A stretch of DNA of 64,000 nt from Polyangiales bacterium (GTDB taxonomy: Bacteria > Myxococcota_A > Polyangia > Polyangiales > Polyangiaceae). Within the stretch, counting starts at the first letter, position 1. Every line of letters starts with the position of its first letter. A program made the translations under genes and the position numbers. Positions 9,543 through 18,174 of the stretch are shown one piece after another. The DNA lies in contig JBBRLQ010000009.1 of the NCBI GenBank assembly GCA_038231275.1, positions 128,001 through 192,000 on the forward strand. Reading direction: 5' to 3'. The notes under the pieces are model-generated. The model was not told the DNA's origin. It searched no databases and saw only the letters and a list, made by a program, of their open reading frames with translations.

Positions 9543-11021
9543 ATGTCCGAGTCGCAGCAGCGGTACCGCGTCGTCGAGAAGCTCGAGTCGGGCGGCATGG
9601 CCGAGGTTTTCCGCGCGGAGAGCGAGGGGCTGCAGGGCTTCAAGAAGCAGGTCGCGATCAAGCGCGTCCTGCCGCACCTGTCCGAGAAGAAGAAGTTCAT
9701 CTCGATGTTCCTCGACGAGGCGCGCCTCTCCGCGCAGCTCTCGCACTCGAACTGCGTGCAGGTCTTCGACATCGGCGTCGGCGACAACGCGTACTTCATC
9801 GTCATGGAGTTCGTCGACGGGGCGAACCTCAAGGCCATCGCCGAGGCGATCAAGAAGAGCGGGCGCGACTTCCCGGTTCCTGCGGCGGCGCTCATCGCGC
9901 TCGAGATCACGAAGGGCCTCTCCTACGCGCACGAGATGCGCGACCCCAACGGGATGGATCTCCACATCGTGCACCGCGACATGTCGCCGCCGAACGTGCT
10001 GGTGACCAAGTACGGCGAGATCAAAATCGTGGACTTCGGTCTCGCGAAGGCGAACTCGCAGCTCGAGAAGAGCGAGCCCGGCATCATCAAGGGGAAGTTC
10101 TCGTACCTGTCGCCCGAGGCGGCGATGGGGCAAGAGGTCGACGCGCGGACCGACATCTTCGCGGTCGGCATCATCTTGTGGGAGCTGCTCGCGGGGCAGC
10201 GGCTGTTCTTGGGCGAGACCGATTTCCAGACGGTGAAGAAGGTCCAGCAGGCCGTCGTCCCGTCGATCTCGAACATCAACAAGCGCGTGCCGCCGGAGCT
10301 GGAGCGCATCATCAACAAGACGCTCGCGCGCGAGCCCGCCGCCCGTTACCAGACGGCGCGTGATCTCGGGATGGAGCTGTCGAAGTTCCTCTTCTCGAAC
10401 GGCCAGCCCGTGAGCACATTCGACATCGCGTCACTCGTCGTCGGCGCGATGAAGGACAAGGCCAAGCATCGCGCGCCGCAAGGATCCATCATCGACAAGC
10501 TCATCGAGGAGGCGCTCCTCGAGTTCACGTCGCTCACCGACGACGCGCGCGAGGCGGCGCAGAAGCTCTCCGGGTCGAAGAAGCCGCCGCCCCTCGCCGC
10601 CGGCTCCGCGCCGCTGCGCGCCGATCAGTTCGTGGATCCGACGAACTGGGCGAAGGAGATCTCGCTCGGTGACATCACCGGCGGTGCCGACGACTCGATT
10701 CGTGCCTCGCTCCCGCCCGACGTCTTCCAGGCAGGGAATCTCTCCGCGCTCGAGGACGAGCCGCACTCCTCGCCGATGCCGTCGCCGCGCGGTGGAACGC
10801 CGCAGCCGTCTCCCGCGATGCAGGGGTCGCCCGGCTCGAACCCGCACCACATGAGGTCGTCGTACCCGCCGCCGATGATCCCGATGCCCCGGCACGGCAT
10901 GCAGCAGGCGCCGCCGCAAAAGAAGGGCGGCCTCGCCGGCGCGATCGTGGGCGTCGCCGTGGTCCTGTTCGCCGCCGCCGCCGCTGCCGCCGCGTGGTTC
11001 ACGCACTTGATTCCGCACTGA
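9543..11021 (+). CDS. Ser/Thr protein kinase with C-terminal transmembrane anchor
   Basis: GGMAEVF, VAIK, HRDMSPPN, DFG, YLSPE; Pro-rich linker; hydrophobic C-terminus. Confidence 0.95.
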   Translation: MSESQQRYRVVEKLESGGMAEVFRAESEGLQGFKKQVAIKRVLPHLSEKKKFISMFLDEARLSAQLSHSNCVQVFDIGVGDNAYFIVMEFVDGANLKAIAEAIKKSGRDFPVPAAALIALEITKGLSYAHEMRDPNGMDLHIVHRDMSPPNVLVTKYGEIKIVDFGLAKANSQLEKSEPGIIKGKFSYLSPEAAMGQEVDARTDIFAVGIILWELLAGQRLFLGETDFQTVKKVQQAVVPSISNINKRVPPELERIINKTLAREPAARYQTARDLGMELSKFLFSNGQPVSTFDIASLVVGAMKDKAKHRAPQGSIIDKLIEEALLEFTSLTDDAREAAQKLSGSKKPPPLAAGSAPLRADQFVDPTNWAKEISLGDITGGADDSIRASLPPDVFQAGNLSALEDEPHSSPMPSPRGGTPQPSPAMQGSPGSNPHHMRSSYPPPMIPMPRHGMQQAPPQKKGGLAGAIVGVAVVLFAAAAAAAAWFTHLIPH

Positions 11022-11034
11022 AGTGCGGAATCAA
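11007..11034. repeat. Perfect 13-bp inverted repeat overlapping the kinase stop codon
   Basis: TTGATTCCGCACT-GA-AGTGCGGAATCAA. Confidence 0.85.
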
Positions 11035-11040
11035 ATGACG

Positions 11041-11129
11041 CCTTTGTTTGTGTGGGCTTGCAGCCCCTCCACGCCGGACGGCGTGGAGACCTCCCCGCGT
11101 CGCCCTTCGGGCGAAGTCGCGGGGCGCGA
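11041..11129 (+). repeat. Structured dispersed element, copy 1 (candidate ncRNA or REP-like repeat)
   Basis: CCTTTGTTTG followed by three hairpins; aligns with the reverse complement of 30126-30217 with compensatory changes. Confidence 0.7.
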
Positions 11130-11185
11130 CGGCGGACCCTGACGACTTGCCGGGGGGGAGAATTTTGGGGTATGCGAGGGGGGCC

Positions 11186-11950
11186 GTGGTGGGTTCTCGC
11201 AGTATTCGACTTTTTTTTGGGGGGGCGCTCGCTGGGGGGGTCCTCGTGGCGACGGTGCCGGTGGCGGAGGGGCGGGGAGGGGCGTGTCCGAGCGGGATGG
11301 CGCTGATCGCTCCGCCTGAGGATGGGGCGCTGACGGAGCGGTATTGCATCGATCGGTGGGAGGCGTCGCTCGTCGAAGTGACCACCCACGGGAGCGCGCC
11401 GTTCTCGCCGTACGAGATGGTGAAGGGGCGGACTGTGAAGGCTGTCTCGCGCTCGGGCGTCGTTCCGCAGGCGTACCTCTCACGCAACGAAGCCGCCGCC
11501 GCGTGCAAGGCGTCGAAGAAGCGTCTGTGCACCGAAGAGGAGTGGACGACGGCGTGTCAGGGCAAGCGCCCGACCACGTACCCGTACGGCGACACCGCCC
11601 GCCCCGGCTCGTGCAACGACAGCGGTACCGCGCCGCTCCCCGCGCTCTATCCGGAGAACGACGAGGCCGCGCACTCGTTCGAGCCGATGAACGATTCACG
11701 CCTCAACCAGCAGCCGAACACGCTCAGCCGCACGGGCGCGCATCGTCGCTGCACGAACAGCTACGGCGTCTTCGACATGGTCGGCAACCTGCACGAGTGG
11801 GTGGACGATCCGAACGGCACCTTCCGCGGCGGCTACTACCTCGACACCCACATCAACGGTGATGGGTGCCGTTACCGTACGGTCGCGCACGACGCCGCGT
11901 ACCACGACTATTCGACCGGCTTTCGCTGCTGCGCCGATCTCGCGCGTTAG
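11186..11950 (+). CDS. Secreted FGE-sulfatase (SUMF1-like) domain protein
   Basis: CPSGM, YCIDRWEA, KRLCTEEEW..AC, YPYG, GVFDMVGNLHEW, GFRCC; start uncertain because the 5' sequence is G-rich. Confidence 0.85.
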   Translation: MVGSRSIRLFFGGALAGGVLVATVPVAEGRGGACPSGMALIAPPEDGALTERYCIDRWEASLVEVTTHGSAPFSPYEMVKGRTVKAVSRSGVVPQAYLSRNEAAAACKASKKRLCTEEEWTTACQGKRPTTYPYGDTARPGSCNDSGTAPLPALYPENDEAAHSFEPMNDSRLNQQPNTLSRTGAHRRCTNSYGVFDMVGNLHEWVDDPNGTFRGGYYLDTHINGDGCRYRTVAHDAAYHDYSTGFRCCADLAR

Positions 11951-12023
11951 GCGCGAGATCTCGGCGTACCCTCAAGGGTTCGCGTGGCGCGCCGTTCGTC
12001 GCCGCCAGGGGGAGAATCCATCA

Positions 12024-13205
12024 ATGACGACCCGCATCGCCACGTCCATCGCCCGCGGCACGCCCGCCGCCGCCGCGTCGCAGCTCGCGAACGATCTCAC
12101 ATCCCAACTCGGCGGCGCTCCGCCGGTCCTCGTCGTCGTCTTCGCATCGACCGCGCAGCCGCTCGGCGAGGTCGTACGGCACCTGGCTCCGTCGGTGGGC
12201 GGCGCGGTGCTCCTCGGCGCCTCCACCGCTGGAGAGTTCACCGAGAAGGGGGACGCGAAGGGAGCGGTCTGCGCGTTCGCCCTCGCGGGCGACTACAAGG
12301 TGTACGCGGGGATGGGTCGTCGTCTCAAGGAAGCGCCCGCCGAGGCCGTCAAGCACGCCATCTCCGAGCTTCCGCGCACCATTCCTGGTTATGGGCACCG
12401 CACCGGCATTTTGCTGCTCGATCCGCTCGCGGGCAATGGTGAGGAGGTCACGCTGCTCACCGCCTCGCATCTCGGCGCCGACGAGCCGCTCGCGGGCGGC
12501 GCCGCGGGGGACGATCTGCACATGGCGTCGACGCTCGTGTCGTGCGGCACGGACGCGGCCTCCGACGCGCTCGTCGTCGCGCAAATCTTCTCGAAGCAGG
12601 CGCTCGGCCTCGGGGTCTGCCACGGTCACACGCCGCTCAGTGAGCCGCTCCGCGTCACCCGCGCGAGCGGAAACGTCGTCGAGCAGATCGACGGACGACC
12701 TGCGTGGGACGTATGGCTCGAGCGCACCACGACGCGCGCCCGAGAGCGCGGCGTCGACCTCGCCACGATGCCCGCGGCCGACGAGGGGGCTTACCTCTTG
12801 CGCTACGAGGCGGGCATCGCCGCAGGCACCGAGCTCAAGATCCGAGCGCCGCTCTCCCGCAGCGCCAACGGCGCGATCAGCTTCGCGTGCGGCATCCCCG
12901 AGGGCACGGTCTTCCGGATCACCGAGAGCGCGCCCGAGTCACAAGTGGCGAGCGCGCGCGAGGCGGCACGTCGGGCCCGCGCACAGCTCGGAGGCAGCAC
13001 CGCGGCCGGCGCGCTCGTCTTCGACTGCATCTGCCGCAACCTCATCCTCGGCGACGGCTTCTCGGCAGCGGTGAAGGGCATGAGCGAAGAGCTGGGCGGC
13101 GTGCCGCTCGCGGGCTTCGAGACCTACGGCGAGATCGCGCTCGACGCGGGGGATCTGAGCGGCTTCCACAACACGACGAGCGTAGTCCTCGCCTTCCCGA
13201 CCTGA
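12024..13205 (+). CDS. FIST N/C signal-transduction protein
   Basis: LLGASTAGEF, LAGGAAGDD, GNVVEQIDGRPA, FDCICR, PLAGFETYGEI, FHNTT. Confidence 0.9.
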   Translation: MTTRIATSIARGTPAAAASQLANDLTSQLGGAPPVLVVVFASTAQPLGEVVRHLAPSVGGAVLLGASTAGEFTEKGDAKGAVCAFALAGDYKVYAGMGRRLKEAPAEAVKHAISELPRTIPGYGHRTGILLLDPLAGNGEEVTLLTASHLGADEPLAGGAAGDDLHMASTLVSCGTDAASDALVVAQIFSKQALGLGVCHGHTPLSEPLRVTRASGNVVEQIDGRPAWDVWLERTTTRARERGVDLATMPAADEGAYLLRYEAGIAAGTELKIRAPLSRSANGAISFACGIPEGTVFRITESAPESQVASAREAARRARAQLGGSTAAGALVFDCICRNLILGDGFSAAVKGMSEELGGVPLAGFETYGEIALDAGDLSGFHNTTSVVLAFPT

Positions 13206-13216
13206 GGGGTTCAGCC

Positions 13217-13783
13217 GTGGCGAGGGACCACCTTTCGAGGAGGACAATAAAGCGGAGCCAGCTCGTGGGGCTCCTCGAGCCGACCCTTGGCTTGGACAAG
13301 AGCGAGACGTTGGTGTTGACGGCGTCGCGCGAGCTCGTCATCCCGCAGGGTGACGAGATCCGTGTCGACCATGTGCTCGCGATCCTCGACCGTCTCGGAG
13401 AGATGGACGGAATCGCGGGGGTGGCCGCCCGGTTCGTGCGCGCGCGGGGTGAGCTCGACGCGCTGATCGCCCCGTCGGCGGCGAGCGCGCCGGCCCCCGC
13501 GCTCACGACGACGACCCCGGGCGGTGGCGTCGCGTTCGCGCGCCCCGCCGCAACGCCGCACGTGCCGTTCGAGGAGATCGCGATGTTCGTCGCGCCCGCG
13601 CTTGGCGATGCGGTGGCTCGAGCGTCGGTCGCGAAGCACGCCGCCGCGCTTGGCATCAAAGGCTACGACGCGACACGCGCCGAGGCGGCCCAGATCCTCG
13701 ACGGAATGTCGAAGGCGGAGGGCATCCTCGGCATCGTCGCGAGCTTCGCGAAAGCTCGCTTCATCCTCAAGTATCCGACGTGA
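13217..13783 (+). CDS. Hypothetical protein with a tandemly duplicated ~65-aa helical domain
   Basis: Two similar halves (L.P.LG......V......L.I...ILD.+....GI.G+.A.F.+AR) joined by an Ala/Pro/Thr linker; starts 11 nt after the FIST gene. Confidence 0.7.
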   Translation: MARDHLSRRTIKRSQLVGLLEPTLGLDKSETLVLTASRELVIPQGDEIRVDHVLAILDRLGEMDGIAGVAARFVRARGELDALIAPSAASAPAPALTTTTPGGGVAFARPAATPHVPFEEIAMFVAPALGDAVARASVAKHAAALGIKGYDATRAEAAQILDGMSKAEGILGIVASFAKARFILKYPT

Positions 13784-13786
13784 CGC

Positions 13787-14545
13787 TTACTGGCAGTCGA
13801 TCCGGTTGTACGCCGTGATGTGGCAGCCGGCGCGCTTGCAGTCGCGCGCGTGGACGAACTTACCGCCCTGGCACGTCAGCTCGCTCTTCGTGTCCATCGA
13901 GCAGACGACCATCCCGGGGACGCCGCAGGGATCGTTGAGCTCCGCCACCGACTCGTCACAGTTGTAGTCGCCGCTCGCTTTGATCGAGCACGCGGTGGCG
14001 CCGCGGCAGTAGCGGTAGAGATCGAACTTGCCGTCCTTGCACTGGAGGAGCTGCTTGAAATCGGCGCTGCACGCGAACGTGCCGGGCTTCTTGCAGGGAT
14101 CGTCCTTGGCCTGGAGGCTCGTGTCGCAGCTGACCGTGTCCTGCAGCGTCGCCCAGTCGTGCTTGATGCTGCACGACTTGGGGCCGCGGCAGTTGTAGTT
14201 CAGCTTGAACTTGCCCTCGTCGCAGATGAGCGCGCGCTTCTTGTCGAGCGAGCATGCCCAGTTCTCCGACTGGTTCAGCATGCAGCCGTCGCCTTCGTCG
14301 GCGATCTCGTCGTCGCACTGCACCTTCTTGGTGGCGCGGTCCTGCGTGCAGCCTTGCGGGCCTTTGCAGGGGACGAGCTGGAGCGTCATGTCGGCGCCAC
14401 ACGCGAGCGCGTTGTGGGCGTCGCCGCAGGTGGCCTGACCAGGGGAGCATTTGCCGCCCAGCTTCGGCTTGCAGCTCGCCAATACGACGAGCAGGCACAT
14501 CACGACGAAGAGGATCAACGACCGGCGAAGGAAACGTGACGACAT
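13787..14545 (-). CDS. Cys-rich repeat lipoprotein
   Basis: Lipobox VLASC; about four repeats of C..D.+..L.C..G+F.....C+G...C. Confidence 0.8.
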   Translation of the reverse strand: MSSRFLRRSLILFVVMCLLVVLASCKPKLGGKCSPGQATCGDAHNALACGADMTLQLVPCKGPQGCTQDRATKKVQCDDEIADEGDGCMLNQSENWACSLDKKRALICDEGKFKLNYNCRGPKSCSIKHDWATLQDTVSCDTSLQAKDDPCKKPGTFACSADFKQLLQCKDGKFDLYRYCRGATACSIKASGDYNCDESVAELNDPCGVPGMVVCSMDTKSELTCQGGKFVHARDCKRAGCHITAYNRIDCQ

Positions 14546-14674
14546 GGATTCTCCGTGCGGGTGGGTACTTCGCGAGACGTTTGCACCGAAGCTACTCGCC
14601 GCGGTCGTCCTAAGAAAACAGGGCAAATGGCCCCAGTAAAGGATTTTGCGCCGAGGCCCCCTAAAAACGCGGAT

Positions 14675-15961
14675 TCAGCTCACGAAAAAGCGCGCGAGCA
14701 CGCGCGTCATCATCTCCGGATCCTTCGCGCCGCCCATTTCTCGGCAGGAGTGCATGCTCAGCATCGGGTTGCCGACGTCGACGGTGGGGATGCCGAGGAG
14801 CGTCGAGGTGATCGGGCCGATGGTGGTGCCGCACGGGAGGTCCGTGCGATGCGCGTACTGCTGGAGCGGCACCTCGGCGGCGCGGCACAGCTCCGTGAAC
14901 ATCGCGGCGGTGCGGCCGCTGGTCGCGTAGCGCTGCTGGGCGTTGACCTTGAGGACGGGGCCGCCGTTGAGGACTGGGCGGTGGCGTGCCTCGTGGCGCT
15001 CGGGGTAGTTCGGGTGGATTGCGTGCGCCATGTCGGCGGACACGCAGAGGGAGCTCGCGGTCGCGCGCGCGACGTGGTCGGCGGTGCCCCCGGTCGCGGT
15101 GACGATGCGCGTGAGGACGCGCGGGAGGAACGCCGACTCGGCGCCGCTGGCGCTCTTGCTTCCCACCTCTTCGTGATCGAAGAGCGCCGCCATCGGCACG
15201 AGCCCGGTCCCCGCCGCGCCAGGCGCCGCCTGCACGAGCGCGGCGATCGCGGCGTGCGACATGGCCAAGTTGTCGAGTCGTGCCGAGAAGAGGAGCTCGT
15301 CCTTCGCGCCGCCCAGCGCGGGGGCGAGCGTGTCGTAGAGCATGAGATCGAGGGTCACGATGTCGGTCCGCGCGACGCCCGCCGCACGGGCGCAAAGGTC
15401 GGCGAGCTCCTCTGAGCCCTTCTCGGCGAGGCCGAGCACTGGCGCGAGGTGCTCCTGCTTGTTGAGGACCAGGCCCTTCTCGGTGACGTCGCGATCGAAG
15501 TGAATCGCGAGCTGCGGCACGCGCAGGAGGGGCTTGTCGAGCTTCACGAGGCGCGTCGTGATCTCGCCGGCGGTGCCACGGACGAGCAGGCGCCCGGCGA
15601 GCGCCAGATCGCGATCGAGCCATGAATTGAGGAGCACGCCGCCGTACACCTCGACGCCGAGCTGGAGGTACCCCTCCTTCGTGTACTCGGCCTTCGGCTT
15701 GAGCCGCAGGTTGGGGCTGTCGGTGTGCGCGCCGACGAGCCGGAACGCGCGCGGCGGCTTCGCGTCGGGGACGACGAACGCCAAGAGCGCGCTGTCCTCT
15801 TGCACGACGTAGTAGCGGCCCGCGGCGAGGCCATCCCACGACGCGCGCTCGTCGAGGCGCCCGAACCCTGCGCTGCCGAGGCGCGCGATCGCGCTGGCCA
15901 CGGCATGGTACGGCGTCGGCGAGTCGCGGAGGAAGGAGAGGAGGTCGGCGAGGATGGTCAC
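14675..15961 (-). CDS. M18-family (aspartyl) aminopeptidase
   Basis: SPTPYHA, GAHTDSP, EVYGG, SWLDRDL, RLDNL, DHEEVGS, SADMAHA.HPNY, CGTTIGP, MHSCRE; start could also be ATG 15982. Confidence 0.95.
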   Translation of the reverse strand: MTILADLLSFLRDSPTPYHAVASAIARLGSAGFGRLDERASWDGLAAGRYYVVQEDSALLAFVVPDAKPPRAFRLVGAHTDSPNLRLKPKAEYTKEGYLQLGVEVYGGVLLNSWLDRDLALAGRLLVRGTAGEITTRLVKLDKPLLRVPQLAIHFDRDVTEKGLVLNKQEHLAPVLGLAEKGSEELADLCARAAGVARTDIVTLDLMLYDTLAPALGGAKDELLFSARLDNLAMSHAAIAALVQAAPGAAGTGLVPMAALFDHEEVGSKSASGAESAFLPRVLTRIVTATGGTADHVARATASSLCVSADMAHAIHPNYPERHEARHRPVLNGGPVLKVNAQQRYATSGRTAAMFTELCRAAEVPLQQYAHRTDLPCGTTIGPITSTLLGIPTVDVGNPMLSMHSCREMGGAKDPEMMTRVLARFFVS

Positions 15962-16007
15962 GATGACGGGAAGGTAGACCATCTTCCGGCCGTTTCGCGG
16001 CGGAAAG

Positions 16008-16637
16008 TCACGCGGGCGCTCCACGTGCGATGCGCGCGATCTCCGGGTGCTCGGCGAGACGCTTCATCGCGCGCGCCAGCAGTGTCTTTCCGGGCTCCAT
16101 CTTCGGCCACGGGCTCGCGCCGCTGGGGTGCGGCAGGCAGATCGCGTCCATCTCGACGCCGTGGTAGCGCACCTGCTCCGTGGTGCCGATCACGTCGGCC
16201 AGCTTCCGTCCCTTACCGAGCACCTCGTCGATCGCAAGCGTGCCGACCGGGATGACCAAGGACGGCTTCAAGATCGCGACCTCGCGCGCGAGGAAGGTCT
16301 TGCACGCGGCGATCTCCGTCGCGTCGGGTCGCCGATCGCCGCCGCCCGAGGATTTCCCGGGAAAGCACCGCGCGACCGCCGCCATGTAGATTCTCTGGCG
16401 GAACGTGTCCTCGTCGATCCCGGTCCCTTCGAGGAACCAGCGGAAGAGCGTCCTGCCCGCGGTCCACGCGAACGGACGACCGAACGAGCCCTCGCGCGGC
16501 CCCGGCGCTTGACCGACGAGAATCACCTTCGACGGCACCGGCGGTCCGTGCACGACCGGTCCGATCATCTTCGGGCACGCCTTGCACGCGTCGAGCTCTT
16601 CGTGGAGCACCTCGAGGGCGCGGACGACGCTGCTCAT
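16008..16637 (-). CDS. Uracil-DNA glycosylase family protein
   Basis: C..CP, LVGQAPG, RCFPG, LPHPSG; ATGA overlap with the upstream gene. Confidence 0.85.
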   Translation of the reverse strand: MSSVVRALEVLHEELDACKACPKMIGPVVHGPPVPSKVILVGQAPGPREGSFGRPFAWTAGRTLFRWFLEGTGIDEDTFRQRIYMAAVARCFPGKSSGGGDRRPDATEIAACKTFLAREVAILKPSLVIPVGTLAIDEVLGKGRKLADVIGTTEQVRYHGVEMDAICLPHPSGASPWPKMEPGKTLLARAMKRLAEHPEIARIARGAPA

Positions 16638-18025
16638 CGTCGCGTGACGTAGAAAAAGTCGCGGGTGGTCGGGTTCACCGTGTATTCGCCCTTGTGGTAG
16701 ACGAAGCCTTCGAAGAGGAGCTGCCCCTCGCGCTGCCCGCCGCCGCCGCGCTTGAAGAGCACGAAGTGCGGATACGACCAGTTCACGTCGAGCTGCACGA
16801 CGTCGGCGGCCCCGACGTGCTTCATGCCGAGCGCGATCGCGCGCGCGGTCGTGTAGTTGCTCACCGAGACGAAGACCGTGCGGCCGTCCGCCGAGATTCC
16901 GAGCGCCGAGCGGCGAATCACGGTGTCGCCGCCGACCGCCGAGCCCCACGACATCGCCTCCTCGTTGACGAGGCCGGGATGGATCGCGCCGTCCTCGACG
17001 AGGCAGCTCGGGCCCTGCCGCCACCACGTCATCGTCGCAGCGGACGGCTCGAGCGTCGTCCATGTACCCACGCGCAGCGTCTCGTCGCCGGACGCGTCCT
17101 TGTAGGCGGCGACGGTGCACGACGTCTTCTTCGGCGGCAGGAGCGTCACGCCGTCCACGTTCATGCCGAGCTGCCCGTGCTCGGCCTTGAAGCCGCCGTT
17201 GAACGCCGCGACGAGCGCGTCGCGCTCCGCCTCGGGGACGAGCCCTTTTCGGCTGCGGGGGTACGCCATGCCTTCGCGTGTCGAGGCGATCGGCTCTTTG
17301 GTTCCGGCGACGAGCGCCAAGTGGAGCGCGCGCACGTCCATCGCCACGACGAAGAGCTCGGCCCACGGCCGCTTCGCGTCGACGTGGACGAGCGTCTTGT
17401 AGAGGACGGTGCTCTCGTCGGGGTGCCCGGGATCGACGACGGGGACCCAGACGCCGTCTCCCTTCGCGGCGACCTCCGGGAAGAGCGGGCCGACCTTCTT
17501 CGGGTGAAATGGGACATGAGGGGGAGGTGAGCTCGTGGCCACCGCGGCATCACCCGCCGCTGCAGCGCCGGCGTCTCTCACGCTCGCGACTCCCGCGTCG
17601 CCGTGACGCCATCCGATCCCGTCCCCGGGCGGCGCGACGGGTTCGGGATCGGGCGGTGGAGGCGGCGGCGGCGGCGTCGAGTCGGCCGTCGGCACGTCCC
17701 AGTGCGCTTGCGGGGCTTCGCCGCGTCGCGACCAGCGGTTGTATCGGTCCTCAATACGGTACGCGCGGTCCTCCATCCAGCTGACGGCGTCGGGGCCGAG
17801 CACCGCGCGCGCCGCGTCGGCCAGCCACGGGCCGAGCCACGGCACGTGGTGGATCGCGTACCAGAGGATGAGGAGCGAGATCGGCGTGCCGACGAGGATC
17901 GTGACGAGCGTTCGTTTAATGCGCCGTCGCCACTTTCCGATGGGCTTCGCCTTCGCCCTTCCCGCCGCGGGGCGCGCCGGCGCGTGAGTCGTCACAGGCG
18001 CTACGGGGTGGGGGCCGCTCTGCAT
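16634..18025 (-). CDS. Membrane-anchored phosphodiester glycosidase (NAGPA-like) family protein
   Basis: N-terminal TM; AAFNGGFK..HG, QGP.LV.DG, RRSALGI, QLDVN, RDFFYV; start uncertain. Confidence 0.7.
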   Translation of the reverse strand: MQSGPHPVAPVTTHAPARPAAGRAKAKPIGKWRRRIKRTLVTILVGTPISLLILWYAIHHVPWLGPWLADAARAVLGPDAVSWMEDRAYRIEDRYNRWSRRGEAPQAHWDVPTADSTPPPPPPPPDPEPVAPPGDGIGWRHGDAGVASVRDAGAAAAGDAAVATSSPPPHVPFHPKKVGPLFPEVAAKGDGVWVPVVDPGHPDESTVLYKTLVHVDAKRPWAELFVVAMDVRALHLALVAGTKEPIASTREGMAYPRSRKGLVPEAERDALVAAFNGGFKAEHGQLGMNVDGVTLLPPKKTSCTVAAYKDASGDETLRVGTWTTLEPSAATMTWWRQGPSCLVEDGAIHPGLVNEEAMSWGSAVGGDTVIRRSALGISADGRTVFVSVSNYTTARAIALGMKHVGAADVVQLDVNWSYPHFVLFKRGGGGQREGQLLFEGFVYHKGEYTVNPTTRDFFYVTRR

Positions 18026-18174
18026 CGCGCAGCCCCTCGGCTCGGGGCCCGGCCATTGTCGCCGCGCGGGTCGCCCGGCGCAACGCGTACCTCGCCGGTA
18101 CTCGCACACCCGCACGTACCTCGTCCCGTCGGCCGTAGCGCGCAGAGCTGGCGCCAGGGCGTAGACTCTTCCTC

